A DNA stretch of 64,000 bases, taken from positions 3,828-67,827 of the forward strand of contig NZ_JBHOQR010000005.1 of assembly GCF_042408815.1 (NCBI RefSeq). The letters are read 5' to 3'. Within the stretch, counting starts at the first letter, position 1; every line of letters starts with the position of its first letter. Below, one piece after another: positions 45,239 through 54,741 of this stretch. Source of the DNA: Thermoflexus sp. (GTDB taxonomy: Bacteria; Chloroflexota; Anaerolineae; Thermoflexales; Thermoflexaceae). The notes beneath the pieces were generated by a model, which ran no database searches, was not told the DNA's origin, and saw only the letters and a list, made by a program, of their open reading frames with translations. The translations under genes were made by a program, and so were the position numbers.

Positions 45239-46330
45239 TCAGCGCGTCGCCATCTCTTCCTCCGCTAGCCGGCGGGTCTGATCATCCAGGATCAGCGCAT
45301 CGATGAGGGGATCCAGATCGCCATCCAGAATCTCCTGTAAGCGATACAGGGAGAGATTGATCCGGTGATCCGTGACCCGATTCTGAGGGAAGTTATAGGT
45401 ACGGATCTTCTCGGCCCGCTCCGCAGTCCCCACCTGGAGGCGGCGAGCCTGGCTGACCTCCGCCTCTCGTTTCCGGCGCTCCCGCTCATACAGACGGGCC
45501 CGCAAGATGGCCAACGCCCGCTGCTTGTTCTGGAACTGGGAGCGTTCATCCTGGCATGAGACCACAATCCCGGTGGGAATATGGGTGATGCGCACCGCCG
45601 TTTCGTTCTTCTGCATGTGCTGCCCACCCGCTGTGCCCGCCCGGAAGGTTTCGATGATCAGGTCCTTGGGATCGATCTGCACCTCCACCTCATCCATCTC
45701 GGGGAGCACTGCAACCGTCGCCGTGCTGGTGTGGATGCGGCCCGAGGCCTCCGTAACGGGCACCCGCTGGACCCGATGGACACCGCTCTCATATTTGAGG
45801 CGGGAATAAGCACCGCGGCCGCGGATCAGGAAGATGACCTCCTTAAAGCCGCCCAGGCCGGTCTCGTTGGCGCTGAGGAGCTCCACCTCCCAACCTTTCC
45901 GCTCCGCGTAACGGGTATACATCCGGAAAAGATCAGCGGCAAACAGGGCGGCCTCTTCTCCACCCGCCCCCGCGCGGATCTCCATAATGACGTTCTTTTC
46001 ATCGTTCGGATCGCGGGGGAGCAGGAGGCGCCGGAGCTGCTGCTCAAGGCGCTCCTGCTCCTCGGAGAGGCGCTCGGCCTCCTCCTGGGCGAGGGCGGCC
46101 AGCTCTTCGTCCTCCGTGGTTTCCAGCAACTGCCGCGCCTCTTCCAGCTGTCGACGCACCGCCTGATAGCGGCGGAAGGTTTCCACAATGGGCTCCAGCT
46201 CCTCCCGCTCCTGGCTGAGGATCCGGAGCCGGGAGATATCCGCCGCCACGGCCGGGTCGGCCAGCATCGCGGTCAGCTCTTCATAGCGCCGTTCAACGGC
46301 TTCCAGTTTCTCCAGCCATCGCCGTTCCAT
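45239..46330 (-). CDS. prfA: Peptide chain release factor 1
   Basis: RF1-type tripeptide PVT ([14 protein letters not shown]) and GGQ motif ([23 protein letters not shown]); ATG 46330. Confidence 0.95.
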   Translation of the reverse strand: MERRWLEKLEAVERRYEELTAMLADPAVAADISRLRILSQEREELEPIVETFRRYQAVRRQLEEARQLLETTEDEELAALAQEEAERLSEEQERLEQQLRRLLLPRDPNDEKNVIMEIRAGAGGEEAALFAADLFRMYTRYAERKGWEVELLSANETGLGGFKEVIFLIRGRGAYSRLKYESGVHRVQRVPVTEASGRIHTSTATVAVLPEMDEVEVQIDPKDLIIETFRAGTAGGQHMQKNETAVRITHIPTGIVVSCQDERSQFQNKQRALAILRARLYERERRKREAEVSQARRLQVGTAERAEKIRTYNFPQNRVTDHRINLSLYRLQEILDGDLDPLIDALILDDQTRRLAEEEMATR

Positions 46331-46379
46331 CGGGAATTCACCGGACAACCGTTGTGCGAAAGACCAGCAGGATCGGATG

Positions 46380-47213
46380 TCACGCAGTTCCGATTCCCTG
46401 TTCGCCCCCATTCTCGATCCCCAGGCGGATCAGCGCGTTCCGGGCCGCTTCCCGGGTGGCTTCCCGCTTGCTGGCCCCCTGACCTTCCCCCACGACCTCA
46501 TCGCCGATCAGCACCTGAACCGTGAAACGGGCTGCGTGGGGGGGGCCTTCCACCGCCACCACCCGATAGACAGGGGTCTTCCCCCGGACAGCCTGGCTCC
46601 AGTGCTGCAGGCGTCCTTTCGGATCATGCCACTCCAGATCCCGCATGGCCTGATCGATGGCCGCGGGGAGCAACTGGCCCATCAGGCGTTCGGCTGCCGG
46701 CAGCCCCCCATCCAGATACAGAGCGCCCAGGAGCGCCTCGAAGGCATCCGCCAGAACCGAGGGACGGACCCGCGCGCTTTCCGCCTCCCCCTTCCCGAGG
46801 CGGAGCCACCGGCCCAGCTCCAGCTCCTCCGCCCATGCGGCCAGCCGCTCCCCCCGGATTAGGACGGTGCGCAACTCCGTCAGGCGTCCCTCCGACCAGC
46901 CTGGAAATCGACGGAACAGCTCCGTGCTGACCACCAGCTGAAGGACCGCATCGCCCAGAAATTCCAGGCGCTCGTTATCCCGGACCCCCTCCTCCGGGTG
47001 CTCATTCACATAGGACCGATGGGTGAGGGCTTCCATGAGAAGGGCCCGATCTCGGAAGGACCAGCCCAGGCGTTTCTCCAGGAGCCGAAAAGGGTCTTCC
47101 TCGGAAGGGGAAGCGTGGGGTGAAGGGAGGGGCGAACCGCGAGGCGCGGGTTCCGGCTGCTTTCCCGGACGATGCCCCCAGATATGCCCGATCCGAACCC
47201 ACCAGTTCCCCAT
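46380..47213 (-). CDS. rnc: Ribonuclease III
   Basis: Signature [12 protein letters not shown]-terminal dsRBD ([24 protein letters not shown]); ATG 47213 chosen because the track ORF extension runs through the tRNA gene. Confidence 0.9.
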   Translation of the reverse strand: MGNWWVRIGHIWGHRPGKQPEPAPRGSPLPSPHASPSEEDPFRLLEKRLGWSFRDRALLMEALTHRSYVNEHPEEGVRDNERLEFLGDAVLQLVVSTELFRRFPGWSEGRLTELRTVLIRGERLAAWAEELELGRWLRLGKGEAESARVRPSVLADAFEALLGALYLDGGLPAAERLMGQLLPAAIDQAMRDLEWHDPKGRLQHWSQAVRGKTPVYRVVAVEGPPHAARFTVQVLIGDEVVGEGQGASKREATREAARNALIRLGIENGGEQGIGTA

Positions 47214-47313
47214 CGCAAATTTCCCTCGCAAGGAAGGATAAAAGCTCGAGGACCTCCCCCCCATCCCCTCCTCAACGCGGGAAAGGGGTCGGGGGTTAGG
47301 TCTGAGAACCCCC

Positions 47314-47348
47314 ACAAAACAAAGGGGGCAGATCCGTGATCTGCCCCC
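47314..47348 (-). terminator. Intrinsic terminator downstream of tRNA-Gly
   Basis: Minus strand GGGGGCAGATC-ACG-GATCTGCCCCC (47348-47324) followed by TTTGTTTTGT. Confidence 0.8.
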
Positions 47349-47349
47349 A

Positions 47350-47425
47350 TGGAGCGGGCGACGGGACTCGAACCCGCGGCCTTTGGCTTGGGAAGCCAAC
47401 GCTCTACCACCTGAGCTACGCCCGC
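47350..47425 (-). tRNA. tRNA-Gly (anticodon CCC), CCA encoded
   Basis: Reverse complement folds as a cloverleaf: acceptor GCGGGCG/CGCCCGC, D-arm GCTC..GAGC, anticodon loop TTCCCAA, T-arm GCGGGTTCGAGTCCCGT, 3' CCA. Confidence 0.95.
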
Positions 47426-47439
47426 CCGCTCTATATAAC

Positions 47440-47468
47440 AATTTAGCGGGTCCGAGCTCCGCTGTCAA
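47440..47468 (-). promoter_or_regulatory. Candidate promoter of tRNA-Gly
   Basis: Minus strand TTGACA(47468-47463), 17-nt spacer, TAAATT(47445-47440), ~14 nt before the tRNA 5' end. Confidence 0.5.
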
Positions 47469-47475
47469 ATCTCCC

Positions 47476-47520
47476 CCTCACCCCGACCCTTCCTCGGATA
47501 GGGGAGGGGTCGGGGCGGGG
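47476..47520 (-). terminator. GC-rich hairpin downstream of the DUF2892 gene
   Basis: Arms CCCCGACCC/GGGTCGGGG with flanking extensions, 8 nt after the stop at 47528; weak T-tract (ATTTG). Confidence 0.45.
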
Positions 47521-47527
47521 TAGGACC

Positions 47528-47725
47528 TCAGCGCTTCGTCCGAAAGCCCAGCAACGCGTAGAGCGGGCACCAGCCCACCAGAGAGGTCAGGATGAAGATC
47601 ACACCGACGACACTGAGGATGACGCCCAAGATATTGAAGTGGAGGACGAAGGCGGAGAGCAGGATAAACACCACGGCCACGATGAGCCGCACGACCCGAT
47701 CCCAGCTGGCCATATTCACCATCAT
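47528..47725 (-). CDS. DUF2892 (YgaP-like) small membrane protein
   Basis: 65 aa, D-R-x-V-R..two TM helices..GWCPLYALLG pattern typical of DUF2892. Confidence 0.7.
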   Translation of the reverse strand: MMVNMASWDRVVRLIVAVVFILLSAFVLHFNILGVILSVVGVIFILTSLVGWCPLYALLGFRTKR

Positions 47726-47776
47726 GGTTTCACCTCCCGCAAGAGATCGAACGGAATCCCCCTGAACCTCACCAGC

Positions 47777-48523
47777 TCACTCCGCCTCATCCTCATCATG
47801 AGGATGAGGGTGACGCGCATGGGCTCCGGCAAGGGCATGGCGCATATGCTCCCAGGCCGCTCGGGCCCGCGCCATCGCCTCCGGATCCATCACCTTCATC
47901 AGCTCGTTGATGAAATAGCCCTCCGGCACCGCCCCCTCGATGTGAAGGACCTCGTTGATCACCGTTCGGGGGACGCCGTAGACGCCGTAGTAATCCGCCA
48001 GCTCCGGGAACTCCATCGCCTCCACCATATCCGCCCGAATCCACGGGCTCTCCATCGCCGCCTGATGAGCCATCCGCACCATCCGCGGGCAATAGGGGCA
48101 TGTCGGCGTGACGAAGACCTGGATGTGAACAGGCGTCTGGAGCTGGGCCAGGCGCTTGCGGCTGGAGGGCGAGAGACCGGAGTCCCGCGCGCCGACCATT
48201 CGGATATCCTCGATCAGGGAGCCGAACTCATAGCCGGACGGGATCCCGAAGTAGCGAATGCCATAGTCCCGATCCCCCTCGATCACGACCGCAGGCGCCT
48301 TGTCGATGCCATAGCGCTCGGCTACCTCCCGATCGGTGATCCGGTTGTAGACCTCCGCTGTGATCCGATCCGACAGGGAGGCAACCTCCTCGATCAGCTG
48401 CTGTGTCTCGCGGCAATATACACAATCGATATGCTGGATGAAAACCAGAAGCCGGACTGGGTTCTTCAGATCTGTCAGCAGGCGTCGGACTTCCTCACGG
48501 GTGTGCGCATCCAGCAACGCCAT
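47777..48523 (-). CDS. Protein disulfide oxidoreductase (two thioredoxin folds, glutaredoxin-like/AhpF-N-like)
   Basis: Two CxxC sites (CVYC, CPYC) in tandem thioredoxin-like units, YGVYGVPRTVIN block; ATG 48523 with GGAGGAGG RBS. The upstream part of the track ORF overlaps tmRNA and was rejected. Confidence 0.8.
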   Translation of the reverse strand: MALLDAHTREEVRRLLTDLKNPVRLLVFIQHIDCVYCRETQQLIEEVASLSDRITAEVYNRITDREVAERYGIDKAPAVVIEGDRDYGIRYFGIPSGYEFGSLIEDIRMVGARDSGLSPSSRKRLAQLQTPVHIQVFVTPTCPYCPRMVRMAHQAAMESPWIRADMVEAMEFPELADYYGVYGVPRTVINEVLHIEGAVPEGYFINELMKVMDPEAMARARAAWEHMRHALAGAHARHPHPHDEDEAE

Positions 48524-48778
48524 ACGGACCTCCTCCTGGGGTGAGAGGGTTTCGGGCTCGATCCGCCGGCCTCCTCCTGGGAGCCTGGAGGGGGTGGGCG
48601 AAAACCCACCCCCTCTCCCCAGTCGGAGGGCCCGATGGCGCGGACCGTTGCCCCTCACTTCCCTTAGATGCAGAGGGCTGGTTGAGGTGACAAATCCGCC
48701 TTCGCCTTGCGAAGAGAGAAGGGGGCGGAGCGAGCATTTCCCCAGAAGCTGGATGTGCGATATAATAAAAGTGCCCGA

Positions 48779-49162
48779 GGGGGCGAAAAGGGCTCGACGG
48801 GGGAGGCAGATCGTCGGCGGCAGGTCGGGGCCGCTCGGACCCCGTGAACAACCCGAGCAAACAATAAGTGCCAACCGCGATTACGCGGCTCTCCCGCTGG
48901 CCGCCTAAGCCAGCGTGAGGGGACGGTCCCCCGCTGAGGGGACCCGCTCGACCGGACCCATCGCCGACGGGGCCGGATCGGGTGTGACAAAGTCGGCGTG
49001 CGGCGGCCAGGCGCCCCGGAAGGCCGCCTAAGCCTAAGGGGCTGGCCGGCCGGAGACCTTGCCGGTGGGAGGACCGGCCGGCGAGAGGGAAAAACCGGAT
49101 ACGCCTGTAGGCGCCGGCGATCGAATCTTCCGGACGCGGGTTCGATTCCCGCCGCCTCCACC
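48779..49162 (+). ncRNA. ssrA: tmRNA (SsrA), tag peptide ANRDYAALPLAA
   Basis: 5' GGGGGCGAAAAGGGCTCGACGGGG pairs with 3' ..GGACGCGGGTTCGATTCCCGCCGCCTCCACC (G3-U pair, T-arm). Tag ORF GCC..GCC TAA at 48870-48908. TATAAT at 48761-48766. Confidence 0.92.
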
Positions 49163-49271
49163 TGTGCGGAAGTGGGCGGGGTCCTGGAGTGGGCCTCGCC
49201 CACTTCCCGTTTATAAGGCCGGGGACCTGCGCACGGGGGTTCAATATTTTCCCGCGCCGACAGGGCGTGCC

Positions 49272-50447
49272 ATGGGAGTCACGGATTACTATGTCTGGCG
49301 GGAATTCGAGGATCGCATCGGCGGAGAGCGGATCCGCTGGGCGGGGAAGCCAGGCCTGGAGATCTGGAGCCATGTCGATCCGGGTGTGGCCCTCATCGCC
49401 CAGGTGATGGAGATCGGCCCCGAGGATCACGTCCTTGATTTGAACTGCGGGGTGGGATGGTTGGGGGTGCTGGCCGCCCGACGTACAACCGGTCGGATCA
49501 TCCTGGCCAGCGACCACGGCCTGGCGGTGGAAGCTGCTCGGCGCACGATGGCGATGAACGGCTTGGAGGGGCGCGCCCGGATCTTCCATGGCGATGGCTA
49601 TCCCCTCCTGGAGCCCGGGTCTTTTGATGTGGTTCTTTTGAACATCCCCAAGGGCAAGGAGGTAGCGCAACGCCTGGTGCGCCTCGCGGCATGGGCGCTG
49701 AAGCCTGGGGGACGGCTCTATCTGGCCGGGCCGAAGCGAGGCGGCGTAGACAGCATCATCGCTTACGCCCGGGATCTCTTCGGTCGGGCTCCAGTATGGG
49801 CGTATGGAAGCGGCTATCGAGTGGCGGTGGCCTCCCGCCCGGCTCACCTGGAGATCGAGCCTCCCGGAGATGATTTCGTGGAACGGGAGGCGGTCGTTCG
49901 GGGCCGCCCATGGCGCTTCATCACTCGCCCTGGCCTGTTCTCGTGGTCTGCCCTGGATGAGGGAACCCGTCATCTCATCGAACAGATGGAGATCCGCCCC
50001 GCGGATCACGTTCTGGATCTGGGATGCGGATATGGGATCGTAGGGGTGATCGCCGGCCACGAAGCGCGGGAAGGTCGAGTGGTGATGGTGGATATCAGTG
50101 CGGCGGCCCTGGAGGCGAGCCGCCGCACTCTGGCCCTTTATTCCCTGCCTCACGTGGAAGTCCGTCTCAGTGACGTCATCGATGGCGTGCGGGGAGAACT
50201 GTTCGATGTCGTGGTGACCAATCCGCCGATCCACCAAGGCTTCGGAGTCGAACGGGAAGTCGCCACACAATTCGTATATGATGCTCCTTCTGTGTTGCGC
50301 CCTGGAGGGCGGCTCTATCTGGTTGGGGCGGTGGTGCTGCCTTATCGCACGATCATTGAGCGGGTCTTTGGAAACGTGGAGATCCTGTTCGATGATCGCC
50401 ATTATCGGGTGTATCGGGCACTCCACATGCCCCGCCGGCTTCGATAG
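49272..50447 (+). CDS. Two-domain class I SAM-dependent rRNA (guanine-N2) methyltransferase, RsmC/RlmG-like
   Basis: SAM-binding LDLNCGVG and LDLGCGYG; catalytic VVTNPPIHQG in the C-terminal domain; ATG 49272 chosen (upstream part overlaps tmRNA). Confidence 0.8.
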   Translation: MGVTDYYVWREFEDRIGGERIRWAGKPGLEIWSHVDPGVALIAQVMEIGPEDHVLDLNCGVGWLGVLAARRTTGRIILASDHGLAVEAARRTMAMNGLEGRARIFHGDGYPLLEPGSFDVVLLNIPKGKEVAQRLVRLAAWALKPGGRLYLAGPKRGGVDSIIAYARDLFGRAPVWAYGSGYRVAVASRPAHLEIEPPGDDFVEREAVVRGRPWRFITRPGLFSWSALDEGTRHLIEQMEIRPADHVLDLGCGYGIVGVIAGHEAREGRVVMVDISAAALEASRRTLALYSLPHVEVRLSDVIDGVRGELFDVVVTNPPIHQGFGVEREVATQFVYDAPSVLRPGGRLYLVGAVVLPYRTIIERVFGNVEILFDDRHYRVYRALHMPRRLR

Positions 50448-50587
50448 CTGGCGCGGTTGGCCGTTCCCCCGATTCCGATAGCCCTCCCCGGCCTCTCTAT
50501 CCGATGCCGGAAGTCGGAACCGCGCCCGCTCCAGCGCCCCCGGTCCAAAGGGCTTCCCCAAAATCTGGGAACGACCGCGGCATCCCA

Positions 50588-50617
50588 TTGACAGCCCTTC
50601 ATTCGAAACGGTATAAT
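50588..50617 (+). promoter_or_regulatory. Consensus sigma70 promoter upstream of rpsU
   Basis: TTGACA(50588-50593), 18-nt spacer, TATAAT(50612-50617). Confidence 0.65.
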
Positions 50618-50656
50618 GGGCTGAAGAACTCTATACCCAGAAAGGGGGTGGGGACA

Positions 50657-50869
50657 TTGGCCCGCGTGATCATTGAGGAGGGGGAGTCCTTCGAGTCGGC
50701 CCTCAAGCGATTCAACAAGCAGATCCAGGCCGACAAGTTGCTATCGGAGCTGCGGCGCCGGCGCTACTATGAGCCGCCCAGTGTGATCCGCAAGCGCAAA
50801 AAGGCGGCCAAGCTGCGCAAAAGCCGGCGCACGACTTTGAAGGCCCTGCGAGCGGCTGGTTTGCTGTAA
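50657..50869 (+). CDS. rpsU: 30S ribosomal protein S21
   Basis: (M)ARVIIEEGESFESALKRFNKQIQADKLLSELRRRRYYEPPS..; TTG start 50657 after a GGGGGTGGGG RBS-like tract. Confidence 0.9.
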   Translation: MARVIIEEGESFESALKRFNKQIQADKLLSELRRRRYYEPPSVIRKRKKAAKLRKSRRTTLKALRAAGLL

Positions 50870-50893
50870 GCGCGGCAAGGTAGACAAACAAAA

Positions 50894-50924
50894 GGGTGGG
50901 GATCGCCGAAGGCGATCCCCACCC
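50894..50924. terminator. Perfect 14-bp hairpin between convergent rpsU and a small membrane gene
   Basis: GGGTGGGGATCGCC-GAA-GGCGATCCCCACCC; the minus-strand reading is followed by TTTTGTTTGT. Confidence 0.7.
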
Positions 50925-50996
50925 GAGAATCTCGCGAGTTGCTCGAAGGGCGGATCGAGCTATCTCTCCCAGCTCGAACCTGACCTCTGAACACCC

Positions 50997-51191
50997 TCAA
51001 GGGAGCATCTCCGTCTTCAGCACGGCGTCCAGCACGATCATCGCGGCCAGCGCCAGAGGCACCGCAGTGCCCAGATGATAGAGCCATCCATATTTCGCAG
51101 GCGGGATCGCATAAAGCGCCAGGGCGCACAGCTCCAGCGCGATCCCGATGATGAGGCCACCGATGACGACAGCAACCCGTTTGGCCAGCAT
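50997..51191 (-). CDS. Small two-TM membrane protein (64 aa), hypothetical
   Basis: Two hydrophobic helices (VAVVIGGLIIGIALELCALALY; LGTAVPLALAAMIVLDAVL); terminator directly downstream. Confidence 0.4.
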   Translation of the reverse strand: MLAKRVAVVIGGLIIGIALELCALALYAIPPAKYGWLYHLGTAVPLALAAMIVLDAVLKTEMLP

Positions 51192-51496
51192 CCCCGATCT
51201 CCTCCTGCCTCAGCGTTCTCCGGCTATTCAAATGGAGGCAACCGAACCTGGTATAGGCCCGATGAGCCGCCCCTCTCTGCTCCCTGCTCCGTGGGGCCTC
51301 TCGACCTCACCGCTATCCGAAGCCCTCGCACGGGCGAATGAGGGAGCCGCCAGAGACTCCCCGCGGCCGATCTTTCTTGAACGGTGTAAATTCTAATCCC
51401 CCCATGAACGCTCGTCAATGCAACCCGTGGAAAATGAAGAGCCCGCGGGAGAAAAAAGAGAGCGGGTCGTTTCATCGCCTGCCCCGCTCCGCCGGC

Positions 51497-51778
51497 TCAG
51501 AACCACCCCATGAGAAGCGCCCGGAGAAACTGCCCCGCCAGTTCGATCAACAGGATCGCCACCAGGGGGCTGAAATCCAGCCCGCCCACCGGGGGGAGGT
51601 AGCGCCGCAGGGGATTCAACACGGGCTCCACCGCGCTCGCCAGGAGGCGTCGGGCTGGATGCCACGGATCGAGGCCGATCCAGGAGGCGAACACATAAAA
51701 CACAATCAGAAGCACGTAGAGATTGACCAGGGCATCGATCAGGGAGCTCAGCATTCCAGGCATGGTCGCTTTCCTCAA
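51497..51778 (-). CDS. yggT: YggT family membrane protein
   Basis: ..[45 protein letters not shown].. typical YggT pattern. Confidence 0.8.
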   Translation of the reverse strand: MRKATMPGMLSSLIDALVNLYVLLIVFYVFASWIGLDPWHPARRLLASAVEPVLNPLRRYLPPVGGLDFSPLVAILLIELAGQFLRALLMGWF

Positions 51779-51844
51779 GGAAATTCGCGGGGCCGTGATA
51801 ATGGCTCCCGTCCTCCAGGCCCTCTACGGGAAGGGCAACGAGCG

Positions 51845-52588
51845 TCATGACGAGGGACGCTCGCCGAAAATCGCCCGCCCCAGGCGGACCATGGTTGCGC
51901 CCTCTTCGATGGCCACCTCGAAATCGTCGGTCATGCCCATGGAGAGATGCTCCCAGGAGCCCTGGGGGAACCGCGCAGCCAGCGCGTCCCGCAGCGTTCG
52001 GAGCCGGCGAAACACCGGTCGGACCGCTTCGGGATCGGGGGCGATGGGCGCGACGGTCATCAACCCGAGGACCTCCAGGCCGGGCTGATCCAGGATCCGG
52101 GCGACCGCCTCGAAGAAAGCCTCCCGCTGAGCCGCATCGTCCTCCCAGCGATCCAGAGGGAAGCCGTATTTGCTCGCCTCGCCGGAGACATTGCACTCCA
52201 GCAGGATCCTCGCCCGTTGCCCCCTCTCCCCCGCCAGCCGGCTGAGCCTCTCCGCCAGCGGCACCGAGTCAACGGAATGGATCACGTCGAACAGGCTCAG
52301 GGCCCGCCGGGCCTTCCGCCGTTGCAGATGGCCGACCATATGCCATCGGATCGCCACCGCGCCGCCCAGCATGGCCTGCACCTGCGGGATTTTCCCCTCC
52401 GCTTCCTCCACCCGGTTCTCCCCGAAGATCCGCAGCCCACAGGCATACGCTTCCAGGATCCGCTCCGGCGGCACTGTCTTGGTCACGGCCACCACGGTGA
52501 TCTCCCCCGGATCCCGGCCAGCCCGACGAGCTGCGCGCGTGATCCGTTCCTGAACCTGTTCCCAGCGCTCCGCGATGGAGGAGTTCAT
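51845..52588 (-). CDS. yggS: YggS family pyridoxal-phosphate homeostasis protein
   Basis: VAVTKT (PLP lysine), [42 protein letters not shown]. Confidence 0.9.
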   Translation of the reverse strand: MNSSIAERWEQVQERITRAARRAGRDPGEITVVAVTKTVPPERILEAYACGLRIFGENRVEEAEGKIPQVQAMLGGAVAIRWHMVGHLQRRKARRALSLFDVIHSVDSVPLAERLSRLAGERGQRARILLECNVSGEASKYGFPLDRWEDDAAQREAFFEAVARILDQPGLEVLGLMTVAPIAPDPEAVRPVFRRLRTLRDALAARFPQGSWEHLSMGMTDDFEVAIEEGATMVRLGRAIFGERPSS

Positions 52589-52698
52589 CCTCGAGAAGCC
52601 ACCCGGATGGATTTCGAGCGGATGCGGTTGGGCTCGAAGCGAGCCGGCGGAGTGGGTCGCCGCGGGCGATCCGGTTCCCCCTCAAACCCTGGGGATCC

Positions 52699-54159
52699 TC
52701 ACCCCTTGATCACTGCAATCGGCCGGAGCCGGGCGACCTTCTTGGCGATCCCCGCGTGATGGACCACCTCGACCACGCGGCTGACGTCCTTGTAAGCTCG
52801 CGGAGCCTCCTCGGCCAGCCCGGCCATGGAGCCGGCGCGGACGACGATGCCCTGGCTTTCCAGTTCGGCCTTGAGCTTCTCGCCGCGGATCTCCCGCTTG
52901 GCCTGGGCACGGCTCATGACACGGCCGGCCCCGTGGCAGGTGCTTCCGAAGGTCTGGGCCATAGACCCGGGCGTCCCCAGTAACACATACGACGCCGTGC
53001 CCATCGAGCCGGGGATCAGAACCGGCTGCCCGATATCCACGTATTTCTTCGGCAGCCCTGGGGAGCCCGGACCCCAGGCGCGGGTGGCCCCCTTCCGATG
53101 GACGCACACAGTCATCCGTTGGCCGTCGATCTCGTGGGTTTCGATCTTACCCATGTTATGGGCGATGTCGTAGACCTGCCAGACGTCGTGGGCGATGCCC
53201 TTCGGCTGGAGGACCTCCTCAAAGCTCTTGCGGATGTAGTGAGCCAGGATCTGGCGATTGCAGAAGGCGAAGTTCGCCGCGCAGGCCATCGCCTTCAGGT
53301 AATCCTGCCCCTCCGGGCTATCGATGGGCGCGCACATCAGCTCCTTGTCGGGCAGCTTGATGCCGTACTTATGGATCACCCGCTCGAAGCGCTGGAGGTA
53401 ATCGGTACAGATCTGGTGGCCGAAGCCGCGGGAGCCGCAATGGATCTGGACGGCGACCTGCCCCTCGAAGAGCCCCATTCGCTCCGCGCCCACTGGATCA
53501 AAGATCTCATCCACCACATCCACCTCGATGAAGTGGTTCCCGGCGCCCAGGGTGCCCAGCTGATCCTTCCCCCGCTCTTTGGCCTTAGGGGTAGCCTTGT
53601 CCGGATCCGCGTTGGGCATGCAGCCGAATTCCTCAGTGTGCTCCAGATCCTCGGGCCGGGCGTAGCCGTGGCGCAGCGCCCAGCGGGCTCCCTCCGCCAG
53701 CACTTCGTCCAGTTGCCGCGCCGTCAGGGGGACATGCCCTTCGGAGCCCACCCCGCTGGGGCAGTTGGAATAGATCCGCGACGCCAGCTCCGCCAGATGT
53801 GGCGCGATCTGTTCGTAGGTCAAATTGGTCGCCAGCAGCCGCACGCCGCAGTTGATGTCATAGCCTACCGCGCCGGGAGAGATAATTCCTCCCGGCACCT
53901 TGCTGGCCATTACGCCACCCACGGGCATCCCATAGCCTTGATGGACATCCGGCATGACCACCACATAACCCACCAAACCCGGTAGCGAGGCCACATTCAC
54001 CGCCTGATGCACCGACAGGTCCCCCAGGGCATCCTCCAGCAGCTCCTCGTCCGCGTAGATGCGGACGGGGACATTCATCCGCGGGTCGAACGAGGTGGGC
54101 AGTTCCCAGAGATACTCATGGATCCGTCGGAAATCTTGTTTCCGGATCTCCCGCGCCAT
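52699..54159 (-). CDS. rtcB: RNA ligase RtcB
   Basis: RtcB blocks [38 protein letters not shown]; ATG 54159 with GAGGAGGGAG RBS. Confidence 0.95.
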   Translation of the reverse strand: MAREIRKQDFRRIHEYLWELPTSFDPRMNVPVRIYADEELLEDALGDLSVHQAVNVASLPGLVGYVVVMPDVHQGYGMPVGGVMASKVPGGIISPGAVGYDINCGVRLLATNLTYEQIAPHLAELASRIYSNCPSGVGSEGHVPLTARQLDEVLAEGARWALRHGYARPEDLEHTEEFGCMPNADPDKATPKAKERGKDQLGTLGAGNHFIEVDVVDEIFDPVGAERMGLFEGQVAVQIHCGSRGFGHQICTDYLQRFERVIHKYGIKLPDKELMCAPIDSPEGQDYLKAMACAANFAFCNRQILAHYIRKSFEEVLQPKGIAHDVWQVYDIAHNMGKIETHEIDGQRMTVCVHRKGATRAWGPGSPGLPKKYVDIGQPVLIPGSMGTASYVLLGTPGSMAQTFGSTCHGAGRVMSRAQAKREIRGEKLKAELESQGIVVRAGSMAGLAEEAPRAYKDVSRVVEVVHHAGIAKKVARLRPIAVIKG

Positions 54160-54170
54160 GATCTCCCTCC

Positions 54171-54614
54171 TCACACATCGAACACCAGCTCTACCCAGTA
54201 ACGCCCATCCTCCTGCCGGATCGCCACATTATGATAGGTCACCGCCTTTATATATTTTCGCATCTCCCGGGTCCGTTCTCCATAAGCAGTCGCGCGAAGG
54301 CGACCGAGGGAATCCGGATCCCCGGGATCCGGCGGGCGGAGCTCATGGAGCTCAAACCGCTTGAAAGCCAAGTGCTCCCGCTCCGTGTGGTAGACCAGCT
54401 CGTTCAACCAGGCCACCAGCAATCCCTCAAGGCTGGCCGCCTCCACCTCAATTTCCCGCCGCTCGGACTCTCCCAGGGCATCCAGGTCAACCAGCAGGCT
54501 ATACATCCCCATCGCCGCGTTCGCGAACAGCTCCGGCAGCGTCCGCCCATAGGCTCGGATGGCCCAGTCCGCCGTGTGGGGGATCTCCTCAAAGGGGATT
54601 CCAACGCTGGACAT
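54171..54614 (-). CDS. Archease (RtcB activator)
   Basis: 147 aa, [16 protein letters not shown]...[26 protein letters not shown] matches the archease termini; stop abuts rtcB. Confidence 0.85.
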   Translation of the reverse strand: MSSVGIPFEEIPHTADWAIRAYGRTLPELFANAAMGMYSLLVDLDALGESERREIEVEAASLEGLLVAWLNELVYHTEREHLAFKRFELHELRPPDPGDPDSLGRLRATAYGERTREMRKYIKAVTYHNVAIRQEDGRYWVELVFDV

Positions 54615-54741
54615 ATGCCCCGTTCCTCCCGCGGTCGATTTCCTAAGAGAAAGCCGCACGCTGGAACAACGAACCCAGAGCCTGTCATTCGCGGTTCCTG
54701 TTCGTAGATGGCCTCCACCCGGCCATCGGCACGGCCTTCGC

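Noticed and set aside
44224-47349. Possible mobile element or island boundaries around tRNA-Gly and tmRNA
   Set aside because: No integrase, transposase, inverted terminal repeats or duplicated tRNA 3' segments were seen. The flanking genes are housekeeping (plsC, prfA, rnc, rsmC-like, rpsU).
47214-47468. Upstream extension of the RNase III ORF (track ORF 46380-47468)
   Set aside because: The extension reads through tRNA-Gly(CCC), its terminator and its promoter. RNase III similarity starts well downstream, and ATG 47213 is the first sensible start.
48524-48874. Upstream extension of the disulfide oxidoreductase ORF (47777-48874)
   Set aside because: It overlaps the 5' part of the tmRNA gene. 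ATG 48523 has a GGAGGAGG RBS, and the thioredoxin-fold similarity starts there.
48495-50588. 697-aa ORF on the minus strand, the longest unassigned ORF in the track
   Set aside because: It runs antisense to the RsmC-like methyltransferase and straight through the tmRNA gene. Its composition is Arg/Pro/Gly/His-rich with no recognisable motif. This is a typical shadow ORF of high-GC DNA.
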